Below are positions 8,679-16,865 of a stretch of DNA of 64,000 nucleotides, piece by piece (position 1 is the stretch's first letter; the number at the start of each line of letters is the position of its first letter). Under the pieces are notes generated by a model that had not been told where the DNA came from, did not search any database, and was given only the letters and a program-made list of their open reading frames with translations. The stretch is taken from positions 1 to 64,000 of IMG/VR virus record IMGVR_UViG_3300045957_000047, one strand, 5' to 3'. The stretch is from a virus. The position numbers and the translations under genes are program-made.

Positions 8679-8927
8679 ATGAGAATAATCAACATCAACC
8701 CCTGTGAGTTTAGGTATCTCGTGCAGAACGCTCGCAGAAATGAGTTGTCGAGTCGAGCGATACGTGAGCGCGGTCTTTTCTTTTCAGGCTTTGACCTTCA
8801 GAACTATACAATAAGAGAATGGAGCTGCACCGCGTGTGGTGCCGAGCATGACAGAGATGTTAATGCAGCCAGGAACATTCTCGCGCTCGGGCATGAGCGT
8901 CTAGCGGTAGGAATCCCCCGGCTTTAG
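8679..8927 (+). pseudogene. tnpB: Chimeric ORF: duplicated phage N-terminus fused to a TnpB C-terminal remnant
   Basis: REWSCTACGAEHDRDVNAARNIL...GIPRL is the IS200/IS605 TnpB C-terminus. Confidence 0.8.
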
Positions 8928-8938
8928 CCGTGGGGAGG
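8810..8938 (+). mobile_element. IS200/IS605 remnant (tnpB 3' end and right-end hairpin)
   Basis: Subterminal hairpin GGAATCCCCCGGCTTTAGCCGTGGGGAGG at 8910-8938; terminal TCAA not seen. Confidence 0.75.
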
Positions 8939-8992
8939 GGAACCAGAGCAAGAGAAGAACTTAAAGAACCCGATTTATAACTGGAGAAAAAC

Positions 8993-9205
8993 ATGAAAAT
9001 AACCATCGACGAAACAAGTAAGTCCACCTTCCCTTTTCCAAAGGTCATGACAGGGCCACGCAAAATTATTGTTCTGTTTAAAGAACCGGGTAATGGCACA
9101 ATCCTTGATCCAGGTCGCTCAGGCTTAGAGATGGCCGACCATTTAGATTGTTGGGAGATGGATCAGTTCACTGATTTCGAGAACGCAATAACGCTCAAGA
9201 ACTGA
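8993..9205 (+). CDS. Hypothetical protein
   Basis: 70-aa ORF with GGAG RBS. Confidence 0.8.
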   Translation: MKITIDETSKSTFPFPKVMTGPRKIIVLFKEPGNGTILDPGRSGLEMADHLDCWEMDQFTDFENAITLKN

Positions 9206-9215
9206 GGGGGTCGTT

Positions 9216-9977
9216 GTGAAGGATTTATTTCAAAGGCACCCCATCCTGGCTCCTGTTGCGCTGTTCTCTGGTGCGTGTTGCTTGATCGTGAGTATGTACC
9301 AAGCAGGCCAGTTCCTGCACTCGTTAGGGAGTGTCTGGTCTCGCCCTTCGGTGATGTATCTGATGTCTTTTTGCTTGATAACGTCAGGTGTTGTTATCTC
9401 GATGATCCTAAACTCTGGACGTAAGCAAACCGTTTTTGTTTTTTGCTTCGCAGCGTTAGTGATACTGATGGTCGAGACGTTCTCAATAGGTACATCAGCA
9501 ACAGCTTTACGCGAGACTATTGCCCGTGTCGAGGAGAAACAAAAGTCTGAGTCGCCTGAGTATGTTATCAAGCGAAACCAGCTAATCAGAGCCGAGAATC
9601 GCATTCACACCGTACAGGCAGAGATTGACGCACTGCCTGCGAATTACCATGGGATGAGAGAAAGACGAGCACCTGAGATCGCTGAACTGGAGAAGAAAGT
9701 CGAAAAACTAAGCGATGAGTTAAAAGCGGTTGAAGGCTCAACAGTCGGCACAGCCATCAATGATCTTGAGGAAACAACAGGGATTCACGTGTTCTACTTA
9801 CTCATACTGGCTGCACTTGCACTGTCAGCTATACCGATGGTACTTACGCTGCTGTTGGGAAACCCAAACGGCGGATCGACCGCCAGTACGAAGTTCGGCG
9901 CAAAGACCGGTCCGAAGCCATCCGGTTCCCCCCAGGCACACGGCTCACCTACGCAGTTCTCCAAGCCCAAGGGCTGA
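9216..9977 (+). CDS. Multi-pass membrane protein with a coiled coil; possible -1 frameshift extension to 10054
   Basis: Three N-terminal hydrophobic helices, a coiled coil and a fourth TM; slippery G GGA AAC at 9857-9863. Confidence 0.85.
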   Translation: MKDLFQRHPILAPVALFSGACCLIVSMYQAGQFLHSLGSVWSRPSVMYLMSFCLITSGVVISMILNSGRKQTVFVFCFAALVILMVETFSIGTSATALRETIARVEEKQKSESPEYVIKRNQLIRAENRIHTVQAEIDALPANYHGMRERRAPEIAELEKKVEKLSDELKAVEGSTVGTAINDLEETTGIHVFYLLILAALALSAIPMVLTLLLGNPNGGSTASTKFGAKTGPKPSGSPQAHGSPTQFSKPKG

Positions 9978-10069
9978 ATAAGCGGGATGCGATGAAGTAC
10001 AGGGAGCGGATGCGAGCACAGGGATTGTGCGATGAGAAATATATAACCTATTGAAACGACGGTAGAAAA

Positions 10070-10294
10070 ATGAAAATAGATATAAAGAATATAACGTTAG
10101 AGCAAAAATACTGGCTAGCTGTAACCGGCTGGCTTGTCCTGGGCTGGATACTTACGAGTATGGAACACCCACCGCATCGGTGGGCTTTTATTGCTCTGAC
10201 CCTAGTGTTTTCAGGAGTGATTCTGATGGGGTTAGGCATTGTTAACTACTCGGAAGGGGTTTTTAGTCGCGACAAGAGACAACGAAAACAATGA
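10070..10294 (+). CDS. Small 2-TM membrane protein
   Basis: Two hydrophobic segments and a basic tail. Confidence 0.7.
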   Translation: MKIDIKNITLEQKYWLAVTGWLVLGWILTSMEHPPHRWAFIALTLVFSGVILMGLGIVNYSEGVFSRDKRQRKQ

Positions 10295-10728
10295 AAATAA
10301 TCAATAAATTGAAAAAACTATTCACAAAAAAGAAGAAGTTCCAGGTACAGGAACACTCGCAGCACTGGGTCATTGTCTTCACTAATCAAGATGAACTTGC
10401 GTACTACCTTCAAGGCATCCAGACACGCTTTAGACAGGGAGGTAAGTTGCTACTCAACGTTGCGACTAAACAAATCCGGATGAACTTATGGGACAGTGCC
10501 GATTATGTAGTCACACTGACGACTGAAAGCAGTAACAAGCGGTTCGAAGGGCATGAACTGACCGGCGTTGTCCTCAGATGTGCCGTCGGTCAAGAGTATT
10601 ACGGGCACCTGGCGAGCAAAGTAAGGGTACCGAGTGAACTCAGCTACAGTGAGTTTTGTCAGGTCGCATCAATCGGTCAACAGATGATCAACGGGTTGGA
10701 AATTAACATTGAGGAGAAGGAATTATGA
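10291..10728 (+). CDS. Hypothetical protein
   Basis: 145-aa ORF with ATGA overlaps at both ends. Confidence 0.75.
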   Translation: MKIINKLKKLFTKKKKFQVQEHSQHWVIVFTNQDELAYYLQGIQTRFRQGGKLLLNVATKQIRMNLWDSADYVVTLTTESSNKRFEGHELTGVVLRCAVGQEYYGHLASKVRVPSELSYSEFCQVASIGQQMINGLEINIEEKEL

Positions 10729-10955
10729 ACATTCTGGAGAAAGTAAAGGCTATCCAAGAACAATTGGACGAACATTTGGACATTGTCCGCCAGGTCAATG
10801 AGGAGAACAATAACTGGAAACCGGATTGGGAAAACACCCCAAACAGCAAAACGTTTTTAAGTTTGAACAACAGCACAGAAGAAGTAACTTTCAGGACTTA
10901 TTTCCATTGCCAAGCATTCCCTAAAGTTCTTGACTACTTTGTAGAAACCGTTTAA
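10725..10955 (+). CDS. Hypothetical protein
   Basis: 76-aa ORF with strong RBS. Confidence 0.75.
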   Translation: MNILEKVKAIQEQLDEHLDIVRQVNEENNNWKPDWENTPNSKTFLSLNNSTEEVTFRTYFHCQAFPKVLDYFVETV

Positions 10956-10983
10956 TTTATTAAGTCACAAGCAGTGCAACGCT

Positions 10984-11123
10984 GCAGGGTTTTAGCAGAC
11001 CCGACAAGAAACAGGTACAGTCAGTTTGTCAGTGAGAGTTTAGGGAGGGGGAACCCTGCCGTCTTCTTATTCTGCTTTCTTGTACGGTCTGCTAACCCTA
11101 GGCTTTCACTGACAAACCGATTG
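10984..11123 (+). ncRNA. Structured intergenic RNA element with three interleaved inverted-repeat pairs
   Basis: Pairs 10984-10991/11052-11059, 10992-11014/11072-11095 and 11018-11045/11096-11123; G-U wobbles favour the + strand RNA. Confidence 0.6.
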
Positions 11124-11132
11124 AGATAAGCG

Positions 11133-11420
11133 ATGAAACAATTCCCCAATCCGTTAATGGTCGCGTACCTTACCAAGACCAGTGCTACTAACAAGAAAGT
11201 ACAGGTTCGCATGTTTGTCCAGAGCCTGTACAAAGGCAGACCTGCTACCTATACCCACCGTATTGATCATGCACTAAAGCTGCCTAGAAACGAGTGGCCC
11301 CGACTGCCTGAGCATACGTTGATGCGCCACGGTTTAGCACATCACAAGCAAAAGATTCACTTAGGATGTGGGAAATACATCACCGAGGTAACCGCACAAG
11401 ACGTGAGTGCCGTGACATGA
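11133..11420 (+). CDS. Basic hypothetical protein
   Basis: 95-aa ORF. Confidence 0.65.
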   Translation: MKQFPNPLMVAYLTKTSATNKKVQVRMFVQSLYKGRPATYTHRIDHALKLPRNEWPRLPEHTLMRHGLAHHKQKIHLGCGKYITEVTAQDVSAVT

Positions 11421-11590
11421 CTGACCAGGACATACTGGATCAGTTCATCAAGATCCTGGAAGAGGCCTGTGAAACAGATGAGCCTTGTCACACGCTTGAA
11501 CTGGGATACAGCAGCTTCATCGACGACTATTTCGACACGCAAGTACTGGTTAACGGATTGCGTCAACTGATAGAGAGGGTAGGTTTCTGA
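11417..11590 (+). CDS. Small acidic hypothetical protein
   Basis: MTDQDILDQF..., translationally coupled at both ends. Confidence 0.7.
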   Translation: MTDQDILDQFIKILEEACETDEPCHTLELGYSSFIDDYFDTQVLVNGLRQLIERVGF

Positions 11591-13551
11591 TGAAAAAAGA
11601 ACTCTATTCTTTTGATTTGGAGACCTTTTTAATTCACACAGATTACCCGGAACCGTATGGGTACCAGGGGCTGTCACCTATCCCAGTGTGCATGTCTCAC
11701 TTGAGTTCAAAGGATTATAGGCCTCAGGTTATAGAAACGTTCTATGACAAGAAGCTCATTACAGACATTCTTATCAAGAAGCTTGAAGACGACAATGTTC
11801 TCTTTGCAAACCAATACATAGCGTTTGATTTCCTGGTTTCTGTCCGCCACCTGGATGTACCTATCGAACTGGTGTTTGCAAAGTATGACAAGGGATTGGT
11901 CCGAGATACTGCGGTGCGGGAAAGGCTCTTAACGCTGGCTAATGGAGACGCAGTAAAGAACCCTGGTATACGCTATGGTCTGGCGAATCTTGTACAGAAG
12001 TATCTGGACAAGGACATATCGTCTTCAAAGAAAGGTCCTGATGCTTGGCGATTAAAATACTCAGAACTGTACGGAGTACCCTTAAAACAATGGCCACAGG
12101 AAGCCATAGATTACCCTTTGGATGATGTCTCTCATGTCTTTCAGGTGATGGCTAAGCAACATAGAATGCGGCATCTGTTTGAGGCAAATGAGAAGGAGCA
12201 GACCCGTGCCGAGTTTGACTTGATTTTGTTGGCTGAGAAGTGTCCGAGGGTAGACCCCAAAGCAGTCCAAGCTCTTGAGGATCAACATAAGGAAAATGTA
12301 GAGAGAGCCCGACAGCCGTTCATCGACGCAAAGATGATGAAGTGGAATAAGAACAGGTACACCAAGTTTCCGAAAGGGGATAGTCGCAGAGAAGGCTGGA
12401 CTATGGATACCAAGAAACTGCAGAAGGCTATTGACAAGGACTATGCGAAGCAGGGTCGAGTGGTCCCTACAACAGAGGCTGGCTGCATTAAGAAAGATGC
12501 TGAGACCTTGTTGGGCTGCAAGAACAAAGCGCTACGTCAGTATGGGGAGACGGCAGGTGCTATAAAAGTGCTGGACGGTTTCTTGCCGGGTATGAAAACG
12601 GCACTCGACAGGCCAACCCAGAGGATCACAACGCAGTACACAACTATCCTGGTGACGGGCAGAACCTCGTCTCGTAAAGTCAACCTGCAGAACGTTGGCA
12701 AGGCTCCCGGTGCCCGTGAGTGCTTTATGGCAGAGGATGGCCATGTCATTGTATCGATAGACTATGAGGCGCTAGAGATGTTCACCCTGGCGCAGGCTGC
12801 TTATACGTGGCACGGAGCTACAGCACTCCTCAATGCTCTGAACGAAGGATTAGACGCTCACCTGTTGATCGTCGAGACGATTACCGGACGGGCCTATGAG
12901 GAGCTGAATGATGCTAAGAAAGCAGGGGACAAAGAGGTGCTGTCTTATCGAGCGTTGGCGAAGGTGTTTAACTTTGGAGCAGGGGCGTTCTGTGGACCGG
13001 ATACTCTGATCGGTAATATGAACACAGAACAACAGGAGACCCTACAGGGCTTGGAGCCCGATAGTGACCTACAGCAAATTGTTAGACGCATACTCAACCA
13101 GTGGACAGATAAGTGGGAGTTAAGACCTTTTTTAAGCTATTCCCAGAAAGCCTGTAGTAACGGCAGACGGCCCAGCTACACATGCCCCATCACAGGCAGA
13201 ACCAAGGCGCTCAATACCTTTTGTGGCCTCAATAACCTACGCTTTCAGGGACTAGGGGCTGATGCCATGAAGGAAGGTCTGGCACGGGTGCAGAGAGATG
13301 CTCATATTCCAGGGCGTACCCTGCACAGGCACGGGGTGATACCTATGATCGAAGTTCACGATGAGATTATATTCAGTGGACCTGTGGAGGGTCTGGAGGA
13401 GTGGGTGAAGCGAGCTCAGTATCTGATGGAGTCAGGAGCTGAAAGAATGTTACCCGACTGTAGTATGAGAACCGAAGCAGGGGTGTGTGGAACCCATTGG
13501 AGTAAAGAGGATGTCCCTGTCAGCGTGTATTTAGAGAGCCTGGAGAGTTGA
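11590..13551 (+). CDS. polA: Family A DNA polymerase with 3'-5' exonuclease domain
   Basis: ExoI FDLET, ExoII NxxxxFD, ExoIII YPLDD, TGRTSS, motif A DYEALE, motif B RALAKVFNFG, motif C VHDE. Confidence 0.95.
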   Translation: MKKELYSFDLETFLIHTDYPEPYGYQGLSPIPVCMSHLSSKDYRPQVIETFYDKKLITDILIKKLEDDNVLFANQYIAFDFLVSVRHLDVPIELVFAKYDKGLVRDTAVRERLLTLANGDAVKNPGIRYGLANLVQKYLDKDISSSKKGPDAWRLKYSELYGVPLKQWPQEAIDYPLDDVSHVFQVMAKQHRMRHLFEANEKEQTRAEFDLILLAEKCPRVDPKAVQALEDQHKENVERARQPFIDAKMMKWNKNRYTKFPKGDSRREGWTMDTKKLQKAIDKDYAKQGRVVPTTEAGCIKKDAETLLGCKNKALRQYGETAGAIKVLDGFLPGMKTALDRPTQRITTQYTTILVTGRTSSRKVNLQNVGKAPGARECFMAEDGHVIVSIDYEALEMFTLAQAAYTWHGATALLNALNEGLDAHLLIVETITGRAYEELNDAKKAGDKEVLSYRALAKVFNFGAGAFCGPDTLIGNMNTEQQETLQGLEPDSDLQQIVRRILNQWTDKWELRPFLSYSQKACSNGRRPSYTCPITGRTKALNTFCGLNNLRFQGLGADAMKEGLARVQRDAHIPGRTLHRHGVIPMIEVHDEIIFSGPVEGLEEWVKRAQYLMESGAERMLPDCSMRTEAGVCGTHWSKEDVPVSVYLESLES

Positions 13552-13552
13552 G

Positions 13553-13804
13553 ATGAAAAACAATAACCCGCTGATTCCAGAGGAGCCTCTCAAGGCAAAG
13601 CACATGGAGGATTTTGTTTCGGATGCCTTATACGAATGGTGACTGAGACAAAAGAAACCTTTCTTTGTGCAAGGTGACAGGATACATGTGGAGGTCACAG
13701 AGGATCAAATGTTTAGAGTGACCTCTTTATTGAAGGCCATGATCCATCAGAATGCTAATGTTATTGAATCTAAGCTGAACGCTAAACAACCGTTGGAGAA
13801 TTAA
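13553..13804 (+). pseudogene. Paralogue of 15285-15512 interrupted by an in-frame TGA (13640-13642)
   Basis: DALYEW*LRQKKPFFVQG...VEVT aligns with EAFYEWYMKQDKPMYVDG.VEVT. Confidence 0.7.
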
Positions 13805-13808
13805 AATT

Positions 13809-14273
13809 ATGAATGAAGACTTGTACCACCACTACGCCGATGAAACTAACTACTGCCAAGAATGTGGGGAGGAGATGCCAGGGTCATGGTCAAGGCTCCT
13901 GTGTGAGGATTGTGATCCCCTTCCGACAGTCCTCCTAATTTTCCCTACTGAAGAGCTGCTTCGGCAAGCACGTCAACCTCTGCTAGCAAATATAGAAAGC
14001 TACTTAGGAGAACCGTGTAGTGTCGTTAGCACTCATCGAATTTTGACGAAGAGGTTTCAGCTACTACTAAAGTCGGGATTGAATGAGCGAAGTTACAAAG
14101 GATTGGTGTTTGAAGCCTTTGTATTTTGGGAGTCTCTTCATTCTTTTAATAGTGATAAGGTTAGACGGTTGTGGGATTACTTATGTCTGTCTAAAAGGAG
14201 GACCACTACTATAGAGGCTAGCAGGGTAGTTGCGGAGGCTGGCAGGGTAGTTGCGGAGTCTCTAACAGAGTAA
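13809..14273 (+). CDS. Hypothetical protein with N-terminal Zn ribbon
   Basis: CQECG...CEDC; 21-nt tandem duplication near the 3' end. Confidence 0.75.
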   Translation: MNEDLYHHYADETNYCQECGEEMPGSWSRLLCEDCDPLPTVLLIFPTEELLRQARQPLLANIESYLGEPCSVVSTHRILTKRFQLLLKSGLNERSYKGLVFEAFVFWESLHSFNSDKVRRLWDYLCLSKRRTTTIEASRVVAEAGRVVAESLTE

Positions 14274-14296
14274 ACGGGAACTAAAAAGAGACGACA

Positions 14297-14659
14297 ATGA
14301 AAACTAAACTAACACTACTGACAGCCTTATTACTAGCTGCGTGTGATCACAAACAAACCGATACACAGCTGGATGTACACCAACCTACTCAGGTGGAGCT
14401 GAGTTACTACTACACCCAAGGTTACCAACAAGCAGGCCCTGTTATGGAGCCTGTGATCATTTTCATTGGGGAGATGTTTGTCGATGGCTGGACGGACTAT
14501 GAGATCGTAATCAATGGGGAGACCCTACGAAGACCTTTCACTTGGCATCAGCACGGGACTATCGGTGAGGTGACTATCGTGCTACCAGAAATACAAGTGT
14601 GTCAGTATACTACCTGTGCCTATGTAGACAGATATATTGATAGAGGTGTTAAGCATTGA
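14297..14659 (+). CDS. Putative lipoprotein (paralogue 1)
   Basis: Signal peptide with lipobox LAAC. Confidence 0.75.
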   Translation: MKTKLTLLTALLLAACDHKQTDTQLDVHQPTQVELSYYYTQGYQQAGPVMEPVIIFIGEMFVDGWTDYEIVINGETLRRPFTWHQHGTIGEVTIVLPEIQVCQYTTCAYVDRYIDRGVKH

Positions 14660-14931
14660 CTTGGGATAGGGTTATAAGTAGTGGCACCCGTGTCGCTAGA
14701 AAAGACTACCACTGTGAAGCCTGTGACTGGCTTGATAACTCATGCATCGAAGGAGAAATGGAACCAGAAGATGAGTTTCTGTGGCAGAAGATACAACAAG
14801 AAGGGTGTAAGATAAGTAAAGGCGAAGAGTACTACTTTGTCACTGGCAGCATTGGAGGTGAAATTAGTACATTCAAAGCACGGATAGATGCTAACAATCT
14901 GTGTAACAAATATGATTTATATCAGGAGTAA
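14656..14931 (+). CDS. Zn-binding phage hypothetical protein
   Basis: ARKDYHCEAC...ISKGEEY motif. Confidence 0.75.
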   Translation: MTWDRVISSGTRVARKDYHCEACDWLDNSCIEGEMEPEDEFLWQKIQQEGCKISKGEEYYFVTGSIGGEISTFKARIDANNLCNKYDLYQE

Positions 14932-14943
14932 AGGAGAGAAGCC

Positions 14944-15264
14944 ATGAAAAAGAAACTAACAATGCTTGGAGTAGCATTAGTACTGACTGCATGTTCGGAA
15001 GGAGAGATACCTGAGAGTTTCAACGTTACGATAGATGCTGAAGCCATCTCGGAACTCATTCAAGCAACACCTGTGCAGCCTGTTAATCAACAGATAAAAG
15101 ACCCTGAGATCACGGTGTACTATGCTGTTGCTCAAGAGTGGAGGTTCCTTTCAGGAGTACCGTTTCCGATAATGGTGTACTCAGGAACAGTCCAGACACC
15201 TTCCTTAGAGGACTATCAGATTGTGCTCAATGGTGAGGTTGTTGCTGATGTTGCTTTGACCTAA
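14944..15264 (+). CDS. Putative lipoprotein (paralogue 2, shorter C-terminus)
   Basis: Lipobox LTAC followed by SEGEIP. Confidence 0.75.
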   Translation: MKKKLTMLGVALVLTACSEGEIPESFNVTIDAEAISELIQATPVQPVNQQIKDPEITVYYAVAQEWRFLSGVPFPIMVYSGTVQTPSLEDYQIVLNGEVVADVALT

Positions 15265-15284
15265 GACGGTGGAGGCTTTTATAG

Positions 15285-15512
15285 ATGAACAGTAATCCAC
15301 TACGTAAAAAGCCAAGCTTGACACATCACAGTCTAATAAGAATTTTGGATGAAGCTTTTTATGAGTGGTATATGAAGCAAGACAAACCGATGTATGTTGA
15401 TGGCGTAGAGGTTACGCCAGAAGATGCCAGAGTAATAAGCACTATTGTCCGAACGCTTGTAGAGAAAGAAGCAGAAACGATTGATAAATTATTTAGAAGG
15501 AATGACTCATGA
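15285..15512 (+). CDS. Hypothetical protein
   Basis: 75-aa ORF with GGAGG RBS. Confidence 0.75.
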   Translation: MNSNPLRKKPSLTHHSLIRILDEAFYEWYMKQDKPMYVDGVEVTPEDARVISTIVRTLVEKEAETIDKLFRRNDS

Positions 15513-15928
15513 AAAACAAAGTATTGGCAATATTCGCAGCAGGTTTTCTTACTGCGTGTGCAGAGGGTGAGATACCCAGCACATTTACTGTAGACATTGA
15601 AGATGATTTTCTATCGTTTTTGAACGACAATGTACAAGTCAGCGAAGGACAGGCAGCTCAGGCACAGCCAGAAGTATTGGCTTTTTATACAAGAAGTCAG
15701 TCGTTCCCTGTTGTATCAGGATCTCCAATAGCGGTGGTCACGCATACAGCCCGACTGGCTGTAACAGGTTTGGATGAATATGAGTTGCTGGTCGACGGGG
15801 ATGTGTCTTTACCCCCTTTCCAGTGGCAAACAGTGGGCGAGCTTGACTACGCGCCACTGAACTTACCCATCGTCCAGCTGTGCAAAGCGGAAAACTGCTA
15901 TGACGTTGACCAATGGATTGAGGAGTAG
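15509..15928 (+). CDS. Putative lipoprotein (paralogue 3)
   Basis: Lipobox LTAC followed by AEGEIP. Confidence 0.75.
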   Translation: MKNKVLAIFAAGFLTACAEGEIPSTFTVDIEDDFLSFLNDNVQVSEGQAAQAQPEVLAFYTRSQSFPVVSGSPIAVVTHTARLAVTGLDEYELLVDGDVSLPPFQWQTVGELDYAPLNLPIVQLCKAENCYDVDQWIEE

Positions 15929-15930
15929 AG

Positions 15931-16701
15931 ATGTCTGAACGTACTCCTCAATTTTCTTACTCTAATACGGATGCCTACAATACCTGTGCCTTACAATGGC
16001 AGGAAGTGGTGTGGTTGAAGAAACACCCCAGTGGTACCAATGAGGCTGCTGAGCGTGGGACCATGATGCACCAGTGGTTAGAGGACTGCATTAAGGACGG
16101 TAGCGCATACCCCGAAGATAAGTATCAGTGGATACTTGATGACGTGAGATCGGAAGTCGGTTTAGTAATGCCCGAGATGAAGCTTGCCATCAATGATGAA
16201 TGGGAGCCGACGACTTTCTTTGCAGACGATGTGTTCTATCGAGCCATTATCGATGTCACTATCTTGAACGGGCACACTGCCAAAGTTCGAGATCTCAAGA
16301 CAGGCAAGCGCAGGTTCAAAAAGCCTGATGTCAAGGATAGATGGTTGATCAAACAACACGATACAGGAGTAAGGTATGCTCCTGATATGCTGACAAATGC
16401 AAGACAGGCCAATGATTATGCGCTGATGATATTTTTGCATTATCACTACATCAAAGAAATTGAGTTCTCGTTTGTGTGGTCAGACGCGGATGAGCAGTAT
16501 GATCATTATTACTTTGATCGTGAGACTCACGAGAAACAGATGTTGGCGACATTACTGAATACACCAAGAAAAATTATAGAGTCCTTGGAAACCGATAACT
16601 TTCCACCCAACCCCAGCGGTTTGTGTTATGCGCATTGCCCTGTGAAAGACTGTGACTATAACGGCAAGCGCTGGGCTGAGATCAAGAAGGTGTTAGCGTA
16701 A
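15931..16701 (+). CDS. PD-(D/E)XK exonuclease (RecB/Cas4-like)
   Basis: FSYS...C, GTMMH, RAIIDV, DLKTGK and C-terminal CxxxCPVKDC cluster. Confidence 0.85.
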   Translation: MSERTPQFSYSNTDAYNTCALQWQEVVWLKKHPSGTNEAAERGTMMHQWLEDCIKDGSAYPEDKYQWILDDVRSEVGLVMPEMKLAINDEWEPTTFFADDVFYRAIIDVTILNGHTAKVRDLKTGKRRFKKPDVKDRWLIKQHDTGVRYAPDMLTNARQANDYALMIFLHYHYIKEIEFSFVWSDADEQYDHYYFDRETHEKQMLATLLNTPRKIIESLETDNFPPNPSGLCYAHCPVKDCDYNGKRWAEIKKVLA

Positions 16702-16865
16702 TGGCAAGACTAAAGATAAAAGGGGGATCTCTTTCTTATGAGATTCGCCACTACAACAAAACAAAGCAGGTTATGACTCTAGTGCATCCACATACCGGGC
16801 ATTCTTTCAAAGTCTTTGAGATCAAAGAGTTGTTAAAAACGACGGGCTATTATTTAGTCAAGTGA
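16701..16865 (+). CDS. Small basic hypothetical protein (54 aa)
   Basis: TAATG-coupled ORF that fills the gap; not in the ORF track. Confidence 0.55.
   Translation: MARLKIKGGSLSYEIRHYNKTKQVMTLVHPHTGHSFKVFEIKELLKTTGYYLVK

Larger units (their letters stand above)
7600..8738 (+). repeat. 70-bp identical direct repeat (7600-7669 and 8669-8738)
   Basis: Covers the RBS and first 20 codons (MRIININPCEFRYLVQNARR) of two ORFs. Confidence 0.95.

Noticed and set aside
7600-8738. Diversity-generating retroelement TR/VR pair
   Set aside because: The copies are identical with no adenine-specific differences, and no reverse transcriptase is present in the window
8679-8938. Functional TnpB RNA-guided nuclease or active IS
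   Set aside because: Only about 40 C-terminal residues remain; there is no RuvC-I/II, no tnpA and no left end
9981-10030. CsrB/RsmZ-like sRNA (four GGA motifs, one in a hairpin)
   Set aside because: No promoter or terminator is seen, and the stretch is better explained as the -1 frame coding extension of the membrane-protein gene
13640-13642. Genome-wide TGA recoding or selenocysteine
   Set aside because: Many genes end in TGA with tight ATGA coupling, the aligned residue in the paralogue is Tyr, and no suppressor tRNA was seen
15931-16701. Cas4 as evidence of a CRISPR-Cas system
   Set aside because: Stand-alone Cas4/RecB-like nucleases are common in phage replication modules; no cas1/cas2 or array is present
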